This document shows, one piece after another, positions 1-61,437 of a DNA stretch of 64,000 bases. The notes beneath the pieces are model-generated. The model worked only from the letters and a program-made list of their open reading frames with translations, did no database searches and had not been told where the DNA came from. Every line of letters starts with the position of its first letter. Position 1 is the first letter of the stretch. Source of the stretch: Octopus sinensis (Eukaryota). The position numbers were made by a program, and so were the translations under genes. The DNA lies in assembly GCF_006345805.1 (NCBI RefSeq), contig NC_043006.1, positions 78,988,001-79,052,000 of the forward strand, read 5' to 3'.

Positions 1-279
1 TTATATTTATACGTCTGTATATGTATGGCGTTTGCACGCATCCTTCTGTGTATGTTGATATATATATGTACACTTTAATATGAATATGTATTGCAGTGTA
101 ATATTTATAATGCGTTTTATTTCCATGCATTAATTATATTTTCTTCATTAACGTCCATATGTATTTTATTCAATGTAAGGTTTTTTCCTCGAATTTTATA
201 AGTTTTATAGTTTTTATAATTTTTTTATATATATATATACATATATTTTTGAGCTCATTTTTTGTTTATCGCTCGAAGA

Positions 280-288
280 TGGCCGTTA

Positions 289-319
<31 letters not shown>

Positions 320-457
320 ATGTATATATGTATGTATATATATATGTATATGGTATATGTATATAGTATACGTATTGATGTTTATTATATGTATATATAT
401 ATATATGTATATATATTATATATATGTATTGTATGTATATATAAGTATGTATATATG

Positions 458-490
<33 letters not shown>

Positions 491-960
491 GTATATATGT
501 ATGTATATCTGTATGTATATATATATATATTATATATTATGTATATATGTATGTATATATGTATGTATATATATATATAATATATATATATATATATGTA
601 TATATGTATATATGTATTGTATATATATATATATATATATGTAATATTAGATACATAATATATATATATATATATGATATTATATGTATGTATATATATA
701 TTATTATATACATGCATATATAGATAAATATATATATATATATGTATTATGTATGTATATATATAATATATATATATGTATGTATGTATATATATGTATA
801 TATGTATGTATGTATTATATATATATATATTTTATGTATACGTATATACTATATATGTATGTATGTATATATTATATATGTATGTATATATATGTATGTG
901 TGTATATATGTATATAGATATATATATATGTGGTGTGTGGTGTGGTGTGTGTGTTGTGTG
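280..960. repeat. Long degenerate (TA)n/(TATG)n/(TG)n microsatellite
   Basis: Direct inspection. Explains the Y/I/M/C-rich ORFs at 159-1045. Confidence 0.97.
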
Positions 961-1182
961 TGTGTGTGTGTGTTTGTGTGTCTGTGTTTGTCCCCTAACA
1001 TCGCCTGACAACCGATGCTGGTGTGTCTACGTCCCCGTAACTTAGCGGTTCGGTAAAAGATCCCGATAGAATAAGTACTAGGCTTACAAAGAATAAGTCC
1101 TGGGGTCGATTTGCTCGACTAAAGGCGGTACTCCAGCATGGCCACAGTCAAATGACTGAAACAAGTGAAAGAGTAAAAGAGT
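961..1182 (+). mobile_element. 3' half of tRNA-derived SINE (family C; full copy at 38428-38850)
   Basis: Near-identical to 38630-38850 (gtttgtccccctaacatcgcctgacaaccgatgctgg...aaaagagtaaaagag). Confidence 0.85.
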
Positions 1183-1612
1183 ATATATTAGCGACAAACG
1201 CAGTATGAACGCCAAGAGGTGATATTTTTGTCCGTCTCAGGTTGTTAAAAGGCAAACAAGACCCAGTAATAATCCTTTCTACTATAGGCAGGAAGTAAAA
1301 AAACAACTAATATTTATTCCTACTTAAGCATGGATGTTGAATTAGAACAAACTTTACTACGGTAGTTACCATGAGATAAACTCTCGTACTGGTTCTTCTG
1401 CTGCAAAATACACCAGACTACAAGTAGGAGACACTTGTCGAAGGTGCCACGCAGTGGAACTGAACCTGGAACAATATGGTTGGGAAGAAAATTAGCAGAG
1501 ATGTTAAAATATCTCAGTAACATTTTTACAGCATTTCATTTGTGTCTCTATATTTGAAATTGAAGCACTACCTACGATTAAGATCGATTTTCGTCCGTCT
1601 AAGTTCGTTAAA

Positions 1613-1850
1613 GTGGAGGCCCAGTGGCTAGGGCAGCGGATTTGCGGTCGGAGGATCGCGGTTTCGATTCCCAGACCGGGCGTTGTGTGTGTTTATTGAG
1701 CGAAAAGACCTAAAAGCTCCACGAGACTCCGGCATGAGGTGGTGGTGACCCCTGTTGTACTCTTTCGCCACAACTTTCTCTCACTCACACACGTCATAGA
1801 AACCGGGAAACCGGGCCCATGAGCCTGGCTAGGCTTGAAAAGGGCGAAAG
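1613..1850 (+). mobile_element. tRNA-derived SINE (family A) with 12-bp TSD
   Basis: tRNA-like head with B box (gtttcgattcc). aagttcg[t/c]taaa at 1601-1612 and 1851-1862. Confidence 0.85.
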
Positions 1851-2269
1851 AAGTTCGCTAAAAAAACAAATAAGTGCTAGTAATAACCCTTTCCACTATA
1901 GTAAAGGCACAAAGACCGAATAATTGGGTGGGGGGCGTCAAAGGGTCGTATTCTATTACATCGACCAGTGTTCAACTGGCATTTATTTCATTGACCAACA
2001 ATAATATTCGTTTCGTTCAACATCCTTAAACAACCCTTATTCAGAGACTTTTTGAGCGGGATGGGGTACTCGACCAGAAGGAAATTCTAACTGGGCCCCA
2101 CCTGCAAGGTCATGCGCTGTTTCTCTTGATATGAAATCACTATGTCGTGCATATATGGTTGTGATGCATGTGCCTGGTGTACCCTTATCAAAGTAGTTGT
2201 GATGGGTATACTAAGCTTCGTATATTTTACTCCAGTGTCACTATGAAGTGATGCACTGCTCTCTCACTC

Positions 2270-2314
<45 letters not shown>

Positions 2315-2539
2315 CCTGTCTTTGTCGACATCGTTGCCGTGGTGGTGGTGGTGGTGATGGTGGTGGTGGTGCTGCTTCTGCTTGTTTGTTTGTTTGTTGA
2401 GCGATGCGGTCTTCGTCCTTGGAAGAGGTCCGAAACGTGGTCCTTTGCTATACGTAAGACCCGCAGAAGAGAGTGCAGGCCAACCTCCGACACCGAGAGC
2501 ATTGACGGATGGATGAATGCGCATCCAGGGTCAACGGTT

Positions 2540-2751
2540 GCGTAGGAAGTCGTGGACAAGAAACAGGAAGAAAGAGTTAGAGAAAGTTGGAGCTAAAGCG
2601 TACAGCAGGGGTCGCCACCACCCCCTGCCGGAGCCTCGTGGAACTTTAGGTGTTTTCGCTCAATAAACACACACAACGCCCGGTCTGGGAATCGAAACCG
2701 CGATCCTCCGACCGCGAGTCTGCTGCCCTAACCACTGGGCCATTGCGCCTC
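2540..2751 (-). mobile_element. tRNA-derived SINE (family A)
   Basis: Reverse complement of the family A head (gaggcgcaatggcccagtggttagggcagcagactcgcggtcgg). Confidence 0.85.
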
Positions 2752-3165
2752 TACTGCTGCTGCTGCTGCTGCTGGTCGCTGTCGCGGTTTTGGTGTGAGG
2801 GTGGTAACGAGGATGATCGTGAAGTTAGTGGTAGTGGAGCGGATAGGGATGCTTATGATTATACTAAACATGATGCTAATAGCAATGGCAATGATGATGA
2901 TGACGTTAAAAATGATAAGGATAATAACGATCATTATAGCAGCATCATCTTCATTATCATGATTATGGGAGGAGGGGATGATGGAGGAGGAGTTGATGGA
3001 GGAGGGATATGGTAGTGGTGGTGAAGGGGATGAGGATGATAACGATGACGACGGTTGTGATGATAATGAGGAAAAGGGGGAGGAGGGGGGGCATCAGCGA
3101 TAATTTTGATGTTGTGTATTGATGGATACCAATAAAAATAACCTTATAAAATATTTATCTTCCAG

Positions 3166-45795
<42,630 letters not shown>

Positions 45796-46922
45796 TTGAA
45801 AGCTTTCACAAATTCAGCATACGTCTCAGGTAAGGAGAGCTAGGAAGAAAAATGAGTCACTAATGAAACAGCTTGATAATACTAATATAAAATAAATCCA
45901 AAATAGTATCAAAAACTAAAACAAGCAATTGAAGCCTGCTTAGTAATAATTTCAAGATGTGTTTGTTGATTTCGCTAATTTCATATAACTAAAAATAAAT
46001 GTAATCTGTATTACTTGCCGCTCAAATAAAGACAGTGGTGAGGGGAAAAGACGTTTGACAGTACAATAATACCTGTTGCGGTAGAAAGACCATCCATGTG
46101 TTACACGGTCGTCGATGTGCCGCTGGTAAAGTTAGGCAGATGGCAATGGTATCATCATGTAGCTTATGTTTTATCGTTTGTTTCTAAGTTACCGTCTTGG
46201 TGTGAACTTGTGTGCATCGTGAAATGTTTATCGAGAAAAGTGTATCTGGGAGTGGTTTTGGAGGTCGTACTCCGTACGAGACAAAACATAAATGGGTTTT
46301 CAAAACTAAAAGAAAAAAATTGAAGCCAGTTTACTATTAAATTATTTATATGATTGCTGCTTTCGATAATTTCATATAAATAGAGATAAATTTAAGCAGT
46401 AAAGATATAGACATGTGGGATAAAATTTGGGTGACTAATCAAAGAAATTTACGAATTTTAATACGAAATAAATTATAATACCATTAAAAAAAACTAAAAT
46501 TACCAATTTAAGTCTGCTTGCTATTAAATTAAAAACACGTTTTCAGCTTTTACTAATTTTATATAAGTGGAAGTTCATTTATGCAATAATATTTTCACTT
46601 AGATAATGACAGATAGGAAGGAAAATGAGTTACTAGCTAAAGAAATTTGCCAGAACTCATAAGTCATCCATTATTTCATTAATTCCTTTGACTTCTATGT
46701 GGAGTATAAGGCGCCAACAAGAGATCTCCATCGGCCTCGATCTTTAGCAATGGACTGTTGTCCCCAGGTGTAGCTGTCTGCTCCTTCAGATGCAGTATCC
46801 ACTTTAAACCCGACAATGATGTTTTGCTGACATGATTGTGGTTAAAAAGTTCGTCTTGCAGCCACATTGTTCTGGGTTCAGTCCCACTGCTCGTCACCCT
46901 GGGTAAACGTCTTCTGCTATAG

Positions 46923-48149
46923 TCCTGGTCCAACCAACGTCTTTCGAATGAATTTGTCTTGATAGACGGAAACTGTGTAGAATCCCAACATATGTATGTG
47001 CAATTGTGTGCGTTGCGTTCAGTCACTTAATAAATGAAAAAAAAAATGGTAAATAAACAAACGGTGGAGGCGCGTGGCTTAGTGGTTAGGGTGTCAGCAT
47101 CATGATCGTAAGATTGTGTTTTCGATTCCTGGACCGGGTTACGCGTTGTGTTCTTGAGCAAAACACTTCATTTCATGTTGCTCCAGTCCACTCAGCTGGC
47201 AAAAATGAGTAACGCTGCGATGGACTGGCGTCCCGTCCAGCTGGGAACACATACTTGATTGAAACTGGGAAACCGGGCCCATGAGCCTGGCTAGGCTTTA
47301 AAAGGGCGCATTTATATTTTTATTAAATAAACAAACGACATAACGTATACTGAGTGTACAACCGGACGGGAGACAGACATAGGAGGCTCCTAATTCTTCG
47401 TCAGTTATCAACCAATCAGTAATACTCAGTTACGTACCATTAATCCTGGTCCAACCAACGTCTTTCGAATGAATTTGTCTTGATAGACGGAAACTGTGTA
47501 GAATCCCAACATATGTATGTACAATTGTGTGTGTTGCGTTCCGTTACTTAATAAATGAAAAAATGTATAGTAAATAAACAAACGACATAATGTATATTGA
47601 GTGTGCAACCGGAGGGTAGACAGACATAGAAGGTCCCTAATTATTCATCAGTTATCAACCAATTGGTAATACTCAGTTTCGCATCATTAATGGTACGTAA
47701 CTGAGTATTACTGATTGGTTGATAACTGACGAAGAATTAGGAGCCTCCTATGTCTGTCTCCCGTCCGGTTGTACACTCAGTATACGTTATGTCGTTTGTT
47801 TATTTAATAAAAATATAAATGCGCCCTTTTAAAGCCTAGCCAGGCTCATGGGCCCGGTTTCCCAGTTTCAATCAAGTATGTGTTCCCCAGCTGGACGGGA
47901 CGCCAGTCCATCGCAGCGTTACTCATTTTTGCCAGCTGAGTGGACTGGAGCAACATGAAATGAAGTGTTTTGCTCAAGAACACAACGCGTAACCCGGTCC
48001 AGGAATCGAAAACACAATCTTACGATCATGATGCTGACACCCTAACCACTAAGCCACGCGCCTCCACCGTTTGTTTATTTACCATTTTTTTTTTCATTTA
48101 TTAAGTGACTGAACGCAACGCACACAATTGCACATACATATGTTGGGAT
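46923..48149. repeat. Direct plus inverted triplication: SINE-filled copy, empty-site copy, inverted SINE-filled copy
   Basis: Copy 1 46923-47443, copy 2 47444-47690, inverted copy 47687-48149 matching 46982-47443. SINE 47064-47324 has TSD aaataaacaaacg. Confidence 0.92.
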
Positions 48150-51100
48150 CCGTTTGTATATTTATTATACATTTTTCATTTATGTATGTATGTATGTGCG
48201 CGTGTCTTAGTGTTTGTCGCCCCAACGCCTAACAACTGGCGTTGGTTTGTCTACGTCCTCGTGACCTAGCGGTTCAGCAAATGAAACTGTCGATTTGATT
48301 GACTACAAGTTTCAATGTGGTGCCCCAGTAAGGCCAGTAAGTTTCAATGTGGTGCTCCAGAAGTCCAATGACTAAAACAAGCAAAAGGCTGAAAGAATTG
48401 TACTTGGATTAGAGGCTTTATTTCTAATAGAAGTCACCAGCTTTTTAAACACCGAAGACTCTGCAGAAATTTTTCTTTAACGTTTATCTCCGTTTTGTGG
48501 GGGGCACAGAGCCAATGGGTGCCATCGCCCAGATTCTTGCAATTTATATAAATGGTTGAAGGAGATTGGAATAAAATGTTCTGCAGAGCTTCTACAGAAA
48601 GTTTGCCTCTCGGGGACAGGAAAAATTATCAGAAGGGTTTAAGCACTTGAAAGACTACCCTCATGAATCCTACAAGGAATAAGAACAAGACTAAGTCAAA
48701 TCAATAATAGTGATACCATATGGTTAAAATTAGTGCAAAATGTGTGGAATAAATTTAGAAACTAGGAATGTGTTCTGTTCTTGTCGCTTAAATTGGTGTG
48801 CTAGTCTGCATGTGCTAATGTGTGGTGCATTAGTCTGTTATCTCTACTTATTTGATTTATGTAAACTATACCCACAAACATAAAAATCTTGAGACAATGT
48901 TGCATGAAATTCACCAAAGTACCCAATATTTTCTGTAACAAAATCCTTTCTTTAGACTGCGGTCTGTCCTGTGCCTTAAGATTCTGATTAGCATGCTAAC
49001 CTCTATCTGCTATACACATTCATGCTTTGTTTCTGAACACTTAATGCTTTTGGGATTTCTTTCTGCGTCACGTTTTGCAAAGCATAAAGCATGATATGCT
49101 ACCAAAAAATATATTAGACCAAGAATTTGCTTTCTTTTTTTGCTTACAAAATAATACTTCCACTCTCAGAACTAATCCTTAGTTGTTATTTTTTATCTTT
49201 TCTAACATCATTATTTTTTAAGATGTTTATTTTACTTCAAATTTTATGTTGAAAATTTTGGTTTTGTACACACTTTAATGGAGTGATATGTTAACAAAAT
49301 ATTTGATCCGGGAGACGAAAGATAGCTGGATCTAATCATTGGTGAACAACTTCTTTGGATAAAAGGTTCTTTATCACGGTTGAAAGGTTTTCTTATTTTA
49401 AAGGTTGCGACATTGCCAAACCTGAAATTCTCAATGAATGGGTGAATGATCGATGGTGTATGATACAAGATTGCAAGTTTAAAGTAAATTTATAGAAAAC
49501 AAACAGGCAGTCTCCAAGGAAGGGAGATAAACAAAGAGATTAGAACTTAAGACTGTCATCATTACATATGATATTTTGAAAATGGTAAACACTATCATGA
49601 TTTACAATAGATTGGGCTAACTCAAGAGAACACTGCTTGGCATTGTTGGAACTTAATCCATCGGGACTTATTAACCATATATATTAGTATGATTAGAAAA
49701 CTAAACGGCCCTTTCCCTGCCCACTCCGAATGCTTATGGAAGGAAATCAGTATCCTTTTATAGAATTAATAAACTGCTTTGTGGAAATGGTTGGCACCTC
49801 TCACTTGCAATATCTCATTCATATTTCTGTTTATAATTATTTCAATGCTTCTATTTTGCACAACTTAATTGCGGTTAAATGGTGAACTGGAGGAGATTAA
49901 TGGCTGTTATTTTCAGAATTGTGCTTCAATTTATACGTTTACATATTTATTTAGACTTCTGATTCTACTAGATTTCATGCATATATATATATTTGAAATA
50001 TATATGTTGTTGTTGTTGTTGTTGTTTAGATCTAGGACGCTCCTGATCGAGCCGTGACAACATTCCAGCCGTGACCACTACATTTTTAATGGTATGTCTA
50101 GGACTACATTATCTTCCTTATTTAAGACGGTAATTATCTGAGGGAGATTTTGACTGGTATTTCTATAAGGTCAGGTGGCTACATAGAGGCTCCTTCATCG
50201 TCGTACAGTTATTGTTTAACCCCAACACAGGCCCTGACTAAACAAACTTATAACCAAAGAAGTTCCAGTCATGACCATTCTGTCTTTTATTCAAGTCTAG
50301 TTTATCCAGAACCACATTATCCACATTTCAAAATACATCTACCACATTTCAGATGATAGATGCACTTTGAAAGGGAGTTAGCTGCTCTTTCTAGCTAGTC
50401 GATCGTCATGTAAATGGCGTTGTGTATGTATGCCTATGTTCGCATATATTTATTCATGAATTAAAATATATTTTCATTTCAATCAAAAAACTCAGATCTG
50501 TCCGTAACTTGGAATCGATTACTTAAAGAGAACGCATTTTATGAGAATACATTTCATTGCGTGAAATTGTGAACTCACGACTCCGGAATTTGTTGTTGCT
50601 ATGGTAATTTTGTGTTGTGTATGGACAAGACCCTTAATTCAAGATGCCTACTCCATTTTATTTAACTATAGAGAATTGGTGCTAGATCATCTGTGAGTCC
50701 ACGAATGTTACACATTAGGATCTATTGCCCCTACAGAAAGAATTATGTTTCTTCTGTTTTACTCTATGAATCCATAAGTAATTAATATCTGGCTTCTGGC
50801 ATTTGATAGATTCTAGAAACATTTATTATTCTATGTTAAATTTCGTTGGAAGAAACCAACATTACCTCCCTTGATGAAAAGAGACGCAAATTATTTTAAT
50901 CGTCAGTTTAAATAATCATTCTGACATATCTATTTTCGAAACTCATGAACTTACTTTCAAATACTGTTAGTCGTTAGCGGTTAGTTTCAAATTAATTGTT
51001 TGCCTGGTTGAATCAAAGTCAACTAATTAATTCAAGAGAAGATATGAACAATTTTGGAACAAAATTAATTTATAGTGATTAGGGTGTTCGGTTCCTGGCT

Positions 51101-51757
51101 CCTAAGGTAGCGTGTTCAATTCCTAGCTTGCTCGGTGCGTTGTTCACTTGAATAAGGCACGTTATTTCACCTTGCTCTAGGCTATTCAGCTGTATATGAT
51201 TACCGGCCAAGGGCTTATGCAGTTCTATCTAGCTATCTATCTTTACCTTCAATTGCTTAACCTGGATGTTCCGCTAGATCAAAGATGGGGCGAGTGGTGT
51301 CTACATCTACTCGTGGTAATATACGTCTCTAAAACAATCGGCAAAAGTATGGTACTTATTACCAAACCATATTTGGTGCTGAATGACGACTGGCTGTACT
51401 TTTTGATAAAAGAAAGAAACGCATTACAAAATAAATCAGTATTTATATCACTACGAAAATGTCTGTAAAGTTTATTTGCATATAATATAGTGAGAATGCT
51501 TTAAAGATATCTTGTAGTACACTGAGATGTACTGTTAAAGATCCTGTCTTTACGTATGAAATTAAAACAAGGATTATATATTGGCGCAATATGATGTTGC
51601 CTTCTCCAGAGTCATCGAAGGATTTAAGCCTGACATTGAAAGCTAACAAACCGCTTAAATCTCTGAGTAATTCCTCTGAATAGGATATATCAAATATTTT
51701 GTCATCTATTGTTCTCAGTCTTTCTCTCACCACTACTTCTGCGAAACGTACAGTGAA

Positions 51758-51788
<31 letters not shown>

Positions 51789-51793
<5 letters not shown>

Positions 51794-52664
51794 TCTGATC
51801 AATAAGTATTCGGTCTGTTGCCTTAGTAACGAAGGTAAAGCACGCAGTGACACCGCTTGGTACAGATTGACCTTGAACTTTGCTGTGCATATGCACTAAG
51901 TTTTAACGTTCTAGCTTCCGCTGTTTACAGCAGTGCTTAGAAGGAAGGTGTGTGTAGCGTGTGATCGGTCGCATTGACCATGACAGAGAAAGTTGTCATG
52001 GTGATACCTGCTCAGAGGCCTGCACAAAGTTGAAGAAAGTGTATGGAGAGGAGTGTATGAGCCGCACACAAGTGTACGAGTGGCTCAGACGTTTCCAAGA
52101 TGGCCAAAAATGTCGATGTTAACGAACGTTCTGGGAGACCCGCGACCAGCAGAACTGAGAAAAACATCGTATATGTGCGTGCAGCTATAAGGAGAAGTCG
52201 TCGAATCACCATCCGTGAGTTATCAAAGGATATGCAGGTTAGTTACGATTCAGTTCAGTCCATTATGACTGAAGATTTGGGTATGAGACGCATGTTTGTG
52301 CCAAAACTGCTTTCAGCTGACCAAGAAGACACTTGGATTTCAGTTGCACAAGATCTCCTAGATTGTGTCAAGAACGATGAAAACTTTTTGAAAATTTTGC
52401 GTAGGCCTCTGAACAGATATTACCAAGCTTTTGGCAAAATTTGATGCAGATTCTCTGCTCAACTTTCTCTGTCATGGCCAATGCGTCGATCACACGCTAC
52501 ACACCTTCCTTCCAAGCACTGCTATGAACACCGGAAGTGAACTAGAACGTTAAAACTTAATGCTCATACACAGCAGAGTTTAAGGTCAACCTGTGCCAAG
52601 CGGCTTTATTCTGTGTTCTTTAGCTTCGTTATTGTTGCAACAGTCCGGATACTTATTGACCACG
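51789..52664 (+). mobile_element. Non-autonomous mariner derivative with about 205-bp TIRs and an N-terminal transposase fragment
   Basis: TIRs about 51789-51995 and 52460-52664. Internal YGEECMSRTQVYEW...ERSGRP...RRITIREL...LGMRRMFVPKLL. Flanked by (TA)n. Confidence 0.85.
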
Positions 52665-52738
<74 letters not shown>

Positions 52739-53567
52739 TGAAGATGTGTAATAAAACTGAAACACACGTGGAGTTGTTCCCCATGCTTACCAAATCAGTT
52801 GAAATAATATAAATCGCTGACTAACATTGTCTTCCCGTCACCGAATACGTGTTTCTTGTTAGCTTTAGCATTTTAAAGATCGCTTCACTAAATCTGTTAA
52901 TGCTATCTCAGTTTTTTAATTACGTATAACTGCTACTTAACTTAGCGAAATCTTCCTTCTCATGGCTTCTATATTTCGCACCCGGATTTAATAACCATCC
53001 CTATAAGCGATGTCCCTAAAAAAGACTTGCCATTATCACATTTCAGGGGAATTTAAATATGAATTGTCAATACATTGTGCTTGCAAAAAAGGTGTCTTAT
53101 AATATCAATTTAGAGAACTATCACTCACAAAAATGAGGATGTCATAGTAACGATTTTCAATATAGGCTGACCCTCATTTCCAAATGAGTGTAGTGAGGTT
53201 TTAAAGGTTTATATCATCCCAATTTTTGTAATATTCCTACAAAAATAAGCAATGTAAAGATATAAGTATAAAGGAACTTGTATTTTAACAGAATATAGGG
53301 GAGAAACGTGTTTAGGTTGGGAGGATGACAGATTTATAAGTCCGCTTCGTAACTACGTGGTTTCAAGTTGAGCCCTACTGCATGCCACCTTAGGCAAGTG
53401 ATTCCTTCTGTAACCCCGGGAAGAGCCGATAAACACCTTGTGAGTAAGTTTGCTAGAACAGAAATTATATGCAAACCTATCGTATGCATATGTATGTGTG
53501 TGTGTGTGTTTGCATGTATCATTGTATTGTTTGTTACCGCTTAGCAACCACTACACCATATGCACAC

Positions 53568-53638
53568 GGGTATATGGCGTAGTGGTTAAGAGCGTTGGCT
53601 ACTAACCCCAAGATTCCAAGTTCGATTCCAGGCAGTGA

Positions 53639-53725
<87 letters not shown>

Positions 53726-53865
53726 CATCGAAAAATACCTTAGGAATGAGAACCCAGGTTCGAAATTTCTCCAAGACACTTGATGAAGGCTTGAGGGTAT
53801 ATCAGCCGAAACGTTGTGTTAACAACAAACAAGATGAGGACAAATATCCGTCAAATGTAAATAAT
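53568..53865 (+). mobile_element. tRNA-headed SINE with internal (AAT)n and a 3' hammerhead motif
   Basis: A box tggcgtagtgg 53575-53585, B box gttcgattcc 53620-53629, (AAT)n 53643-53722, HHR GACAC-TTGATGA-A-GGCT...AGCC-GAAA-C-GTT/GTGTT at 53775-53820. Confidence 0.75.
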
Positions 53866-54435
53866 GGTTTGTTTTTGTTCCCAAAAATTGTTTCTAGAGG
53901 TTTAGCGAAATAAAATGACTAAAATAAATACCAGATTAAAAATAAGTACTGGAACTAAATTTAATCGACCGAACACAAGAGAAAGAATAAAAGAATAGCG
54001 GGAAATTATTTATAAAGGAGCTTATATTGAATAGCATATAAAGTAACTCTTGTTTGTATATTTGTTTTACGTTCGTTTTCCGTTTTCCCACGTTGGGACA
54101 AGTTGGACGGAGACTTAGTGAGGAAATATTTTACGACTAGATCCTCTTTTTATCATCTACCCTTAACATCCTTTTCAAGTAAGTTATTTAAACTCCACTG
54201 ATTTTCCATAGCATACAGCAGGGTTTAACTGTACATAAAGTAATATAAGAATAAATAATATACAAGGGAAATATAAGACAGCCCCTCTTTTACTTAAGAA
54301 ACTGCCCTTTTTTTAAATATCAATGTTATTCGAGAATATCATGTAATAAATTAGGTAAGTAGCAGATTTTTTAAATTAGATTTATAATCGTAATTTCGTA
54401 AAATTTGTTGTTCATGTAAAACATGTCCGAAAATA

Positions 54436-54455
54436 TAATAATAATAATAATAATA

Positions 54456-54497
<42 letters not shown>

Positions 54498-54735
54498 TAA
54501 TAATATTAATGAATAATAATAATGATGATGATAATAGTGATAATGATAATAATAATAATAATAATGATAATAATTATGATGATGATGATGATAATAATAA
54601 TAATAATAATAATATTAATGAATAATAATAATGATGATGATAATAGTGATAATGATAATAATAATAATGATAATAATAATGATAATAATAATGATGATCA
54701 TGATGATGATAATAATAATAATAAAAATAACAATA
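54436..54735. repeat. (AAT)n/(GAT)n compound microsatellite with an internal higher-order duplication
   Basis: Block aatattaatgaataataataatgatgatgataatagtgataatg occurs twice, about 54500 and 54610. Confidence 0.9.
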
Positions 54736-55451
54736 ATCAAATTGAAAATACCTGATTTTCATAAAAATTTATCAAAATTGAAATATTATAAATTTGTCAG
54801 ACACCACCATACGTCATTGCTAACCGTAATAGCACTCACAGTAAAATACCTAATTTGCTGTTGCTTGGGCGAGACTTGAAAAAGCTTGTATAAAGCAAAA
54901 CAACAAACAACGTAAATAAATGAATAAATTATAGTCCACGATTCACGTCCGGTCTTTTAAGATTTGTTTTATAACTGATGTATCTTGCAATGCCATATCA
55001 TAAATGTGTATAATTATTGATTTCTATTTGCAGCCGATAACCATTTCATCTCCAGTATGTAAAATACCAATTCCAAAATCGAGGCAGGCCAATTATATCA
55101 GGAATTTTTCAATATGTTTGATTCTTGTATATTTCTGTTCTATATGTATATTATTTTTTAAATATATTTTTTAACTTTTTGTTTTCACTTTCTGCCTCCA
55201 ATCACTAACGCGATCCGCAAAATAACGGCGAGATAAAAATGATTAACTTTATTTTTATTAACTTCGTCAAATTGAAGATATAATTTAATCCAACGATATG
55301 TGCGGATATATTTTTGTTTTTTTCTTTTATTTTCGTTTCTTTGTTTTTTGTTTCAATTTTTGTTGCTCTCGTTTGTCATGTGCTTCAAGAACGCATTCAG
55401 TGTTTATGTATGTGTGTGAATGCATGCACACACACACACACACACACAGAG

Positions 55452-55482
<31 letters not shown>

Positions 55483-55484
55483 AT

Positions 55485-55580
<96 letters not shown>

Positions 55581-55599
55581 TTGCGTGTGTGCCTTGAGA

Positions 55600-55870
55600 T
55601 GTACATATAACTCTATATCTGCAAATTAGACTAAACAAGGAAACATTCTTCATTGAAAAATACAAGCCCAAACTTAACCATTCCAACATTCTTATACAGA
55701 GAAACTCACTCCAAAAAAAGGCAAGAAATATTAAGCGATTATCTCCCTTACACCGGAAGAAATCACTTATCACCTCCCCTTATCTGGAACTCTTCTCCAC
55801 ACTTCTCAACGTAAACATAACGATGTAAGAAATTTGAAAAGCTGAACGCGAAACCGGTCATTTCTTCAAA
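55600..55870 (+). mobile_element. PLE 3' end remnant
   Basis: RLNKETFFIEKYKPKLN (GIY-YIG C-terminal pattern), then a degenerate HHR-like cgaaaccggtc at about 55849-55859. Confidence 0.5.
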
Positions 55871-55981
55871 AACTATGTCATTGTATGAAAAAAATTTATA
55901 ACATTTTCAGACATAATGACTCAAATATATATTTTTTAACCTTTTAAAACAAGCCTTCTGTAGTTTTCACTTTTTACTATT

Positions 55982-60770
<4,789 letters not shown>

Positions 60771-61437
60771 AGACTCATGATGTTTGTAGATTTTTCATGT
60801 GTTTAAGAATATATATATATAACGCATATAGAAAGCTTTCATGGTCATTGTTTTCATTTTATTATATTAAAACACTTAGAAGATCATTTACAACCTCATA
60901 TCACAAAAAGAAAACAATCATCTACGATAACGTTAATCGTCGGGAGATTTTCAAATGATTTTTCATATAAGGTAAAATCGAAATATTAAAAAATTGTATG
61001 ATTATAATGTTTCTCTTTCGCTCCAACATATATTCTATAGCTTACTTATTCAGTGCTCACGTTATGTTCAATATACAGAACTCTATTTTTGTACAATACT
61101 AGCTTATTAATTAATATTTTTTCCTGTTTTTGTTTCTTTTATATTATCATTAATAAACACGCAAACATTTAATTTGTCCCATCTTTGTAATTGTTTGATA
61201 TTATATATGTGTTTGAGCAGATGTGCACACACATGCACTTATATGTATACGCAAATACGTTTGTGTCTGTTTATGTTTATGCATGCAAGCACCAATATCT
61301 GTATGCAGATGTGTATGCATGCACGTGCAGATCAAAGATCTGTCTTCTCTGATCTTAATGGCCTGAGTATTAAAAAAATCAAAGTTCCTCTACAAAACGC
61401 AGTCTTGAGCAAAGTGTTTTTTTTATCAAATACGAGC

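Noticed and set aside
159-1045. Long Y/I/M/C/V-rich ORFs (also 55984-60285, 57317-58395, 61750-62159)
   Set aside because: Translations of (TA)n/(TATG)n/(TG)n arrays. No splice or domain support.
48450-49500. Possible decayed coding sequence on the minus strand (74-aa ORF 49244-49468)
   Set aside because: No motif I can identify. It would need tblastx against repeat and protein libraries.
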